Of a DNA stretch of 64,000 nucleotides, positions 61,325 to 64,000 are shown one piece after another (the first letter of the stretch is position 1; the number at the start of each line of letters is the position of its first letter). Made by a program: the position numbers and the translations under genes. The notes under the pieces were generated by a model. The model saw nothing but the letters and a program-made list of their open reading frames with translations, did not search any database and was not told where the DNA came from. This DNA is from Eledone cirrhosa (Eukaryota): the NCBI GenBank assembly GCA_964016885.1, contig OZ024744.1:100874001-100938000 (forward strand), given 5' to 3'.

Positions 61325-62445
61325 AGAACAAAGTGGGCTGGCCTGAGTGGACGGCAGATTATCACATGCAGCAGTGTGAGGGGGAGATTGATCCTTGAGA
61401 TCAGGGGGGGGGGGGGGGGCGTGTGGGGCTGTGTGGAAGAGATGACCGGAAGCTGGGGACGCTTGACCGGAAGTGGACGAGGAGTTATGTCAGATGGGGA
61501 CGCTTGACCGGAGGAGGAGGAGTGACGTGAGATGCGTTTCCGAGCCGGCGTCTGTAGGTGCGTCTCTCACGGTGACTTGGAGAAAGACGGAGGTACCAGA
61601 TGAAGCTGCAGCTTGGCGAATGGATTATAACACGAAGATTGATGCACGGCTTTGAGTGAACCAGCAGACTCGCGGTAAGTGGAATAGCTTTCTCACCACA
61701 TGAAGAATTCAAAAAATACTTGCTGCCTTCGGCAGATATCGTTCATTGCTCTGATTTCAAGAAAGGTATTGTGAAAATACTTCAAAAATCAGAAGAAAAG
61801 CTTGATGCGCTAGAAATACATGCTTTGGAATTCACTGAAATATCGAAAAATTCAGACTCTTTAGTGGGAGATGATGATTTCGCTTCAATTTGTCTGAAGA
61901 AGCGCAGAGTAAATGCAAATTTATCTAAGAAATATCCAGATTGTAGATTTATTCTACCGACGTCAAATATAATAGAGCGTTTCTTTAGTTCAGCGGGATA
62001 CGTTTTTAATGATTTTCGCCAAAGCTTATCACCTTTGAATTTAGAAATGCAATTGTTTCTAAAGGCTAATCGCTCTTACTGGGATGAAGAATTGGTGTCT
62101 ACGATTTTCAATCAATCATAAATTGCTTTTTATTTGCAAATAGTTGCTTATTCATAGTTTAAATTAAATATTTTGCTAATTTCTCTCTCAAAATTAAAAA
62201 CCAGAACTTTTTTTTTTTCATCTTTTGAATTTTTTTTCTCTTTATTTTTGCTTCATCGGAATCTCCTATGTTCAAAACATAGAAATCCGAAGGAATTCCT
62301 GAAAAAACCCCCAAAAAGTAGCAAGAGTACGCTGCTGCAACAGCAATTAATTGCAATTAATTGCAATAATTGATTGGTTAAACAGACAAAATTGATTGGT
62401 AAAATTTTAATTGGGCATCGCCCAATCAATTATTTACAAGCCCTG

Positions 62446-62625
62446 ATTGTCTTTCGTTATTGTCTTTTGTTATTGTAAGTTTCATATCGCTTTTGTTATT
62501 GTCTTCGTTATTGTCTTCGTTATTGTCTTCGTTATTGTCTTCGTTATTGTCTTCGTTATTGTCTTTGTTATTGTCTTCATTATTGTCTTTTGTTATTGTC
62601 TTTTGTTATTGTCTTTCGTTATTTC
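62446..62625. repeat. 12-bp minisatellite, right part
   Basis: (GTTATTGTCTTC)n. Confidence 0.92.
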
Positions 62626-62634
62626 TTTCCTTAT

Positions 62635-64000
62635 TCATCATCATCGATTAACATCTATCTTCCACGTTAGCATGGGTTAGATGGGCTTGTCCCATTTAGA
62701 GGTAAGTTGGGTCGGGTGACCGTGTCTTGCTCATATAGGAGTGTTTCTGACTGGTTTTCTATGGCTGTATGCCCTTCCTAATGCCAACCACATTGACAGT
62801 GTGGGCTGGGTGCTTTTTGCAGTGCCTTTTACACGGCTACTTTACAGTGTGTGCTAAGTGCTTTTTCTTGTGACACCTACATGATCACTTTACAGTGTGG
62901 GCTGGATGTTCTATACAGTGTGGACTGGGCACCTTTATCATGTCACCGACACAACCACTTTACAGTGGCACCTACGCACTTTTGTCTTTGGACTAGGGAG
63001 GGTGGAGGGGTTTGGGGGAACATGTGGACAGGGTAGTAGGGGAGGTATGGTTACCGCTAAGGGAGGTGAATGAGAGGGGATAGAAGGTTGAGGAAGGTGT
63101 TGGCTACTCGGTTTAAGCCTCAGCCTGAGAACAATAGAGGGCAGGTCATCTGTAAAACTGCATAGCACCAGAGGTCGCAGTCCTGAGTCATTGCCTTTGA
63201 GAGGTGTAATTGTGCAAGGTCAGCTTTTATTACCTCATCCCAAGTCTTCCTAGTCCTGCCCACATCACGGCTACCATCGACTTTGAGTGCTCTGCACCTT
63301 ATTATACAGCTGTCATCCTTCATATGCATCACATGTCCATACCAACACAATCTCCTCTTCTACATGCAACAACTGATCCCTCTTAAGCCTAATGTCTCAC
63401 TTGGTGTATTTATACTTTGCTGTTCAATTATATTACTATTGCTCATCCAGCGAAGCATGGAGACTTCATTTCTTTCCAATCTTCGCAGGTCCTCTGTACA
63501 CAGAGACCAGGTCTCGCTGCCATGCAACATTGTTGTTTGTATACATGCATCATGCATTGAAAGAAAAACCTTTTGTAGTTATTAACAGTAGTAGCTCCCT
63601 GAATTTTCTCCAACCTGATCTCACTCTGGTTACTGTGCTTTCGGACCACACTCCTCTACTACGGATTTGGTCACCCAGGTAACGGAAACTATCTACCACT
63701 TCAACCGAGCCATCTGAGCATTTAAAGGTGGTTCTATCCTGAGGGTTCTTCTTACTTACTGCCCCTGTCCACCTGCCACAAGTAAAACCTACAATTTTTG
63801 TTAGCCTGCCTGAGATTCCACTACATCTCTTGTGTACCCATTGCTTGCATTTGGTACATAGAATGGAATTTCTACCTACTCCTTTTCTGCACATTGAGCA
63901 GGGCCATTTCCCAGAGGCGATCTGTGCCCTGTTATCCCTTCTACTTACTAGAACTCTAGTCTTTGCCAGGTTGATTTTAAGACCTTTTGATTCTAGGCCT
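62635..64000 (-). mobile_element. RTE family A 3' portion running off the window end
   Basis: CRKGVGRNSILCTKCKQWVHKRC...FTCGR, DSFRYLGD, MLHGSETW and 3' UTR. Confidence 0.92.

Larger units (their letters stand above)
59758..61700 (+). mobile_element. Internally deleted Gypsy-type LTR retrotransposon
   Basis: LTRs 59758-59990 and 61422-61700 (TG...CA); TSD TGAAG (59753-59757, 61701-61705); poly-G PPT before the 3' LTR; gag and protease only. Confidence 0.95.
58641..62121 (+). pseudogene. hAT transposase (BED finger, DDE, dimerization domain) with in-frame stops and an LTR insertion
   Basis: WKCKCGK...SNLMNHVKSQH; LVIDDWS; GDNAEVN; GCASHKFNL; TRWSST; PTSNIIERFFS. Removing 59758-61705 restores the frame (..YPYE/EFKKYLLP..). 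Confidence 0.93.
58308..62445 (+). mobile_element. Full-length hAT DNA transposon (inactive)
   Basis: Imperfect TIRs CATGGGTTGGAAAAAATTAATTGG / rc CAGGGCTTGTAAATAATTGATTGG (19/24); 8-bp TSD ATTGTCTT at 58300-58307 and 62446-62453. Confidence 0.93.

Overview
This is AT-rich animal genomic DNA. The SINE/RTE repertoire and dense (TA)n/(CA)n tracts suggest an octopod cephalopod, which is an inference. Most of the window is transposon debris and tandem repeats, and almost all ORFs in the track are artefacts of these. The only well-supported host gene is a plus-strand SNX5/6-like PX-domain (sorting nexin-like) gene missed by the ORF track: two phase-0 exons at 43469-43627 and 58005-58103, separated by a ~14.4 kb intron. 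Retroelements include many RTE LINE fragments (one family has a PHD-type finger right after the RT), Expander-like RTE, CR1-like and Tx1-like fragments, a Penelope-like GIY-YIG fragment and two tRNA-derived SINE families. DNA elements include piggyBac-type TTAA MITEs, a mariner remnant, a non-autonomous Helitron, a long-TIR element, and a complete hAT (58308-62445, 8-bp TSD) interrupted by an internally deleted Gypsy element (59758-61700, 5-bp TSD). There are five minisatellite arrays (12, 45, ~84, 85 and 122 bp units). The most striking unannotated signal is about a dozen short fold-back elements in or beside (TA)n tracts. Many carry minimal hammerhead-ribozyme cores and one carries a tRNA-like cloverleaf, consistent with Penelope-type non-autonomous retroelements. 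Boundaries of decayed fragments are approximate and all family assignments were made by eye.
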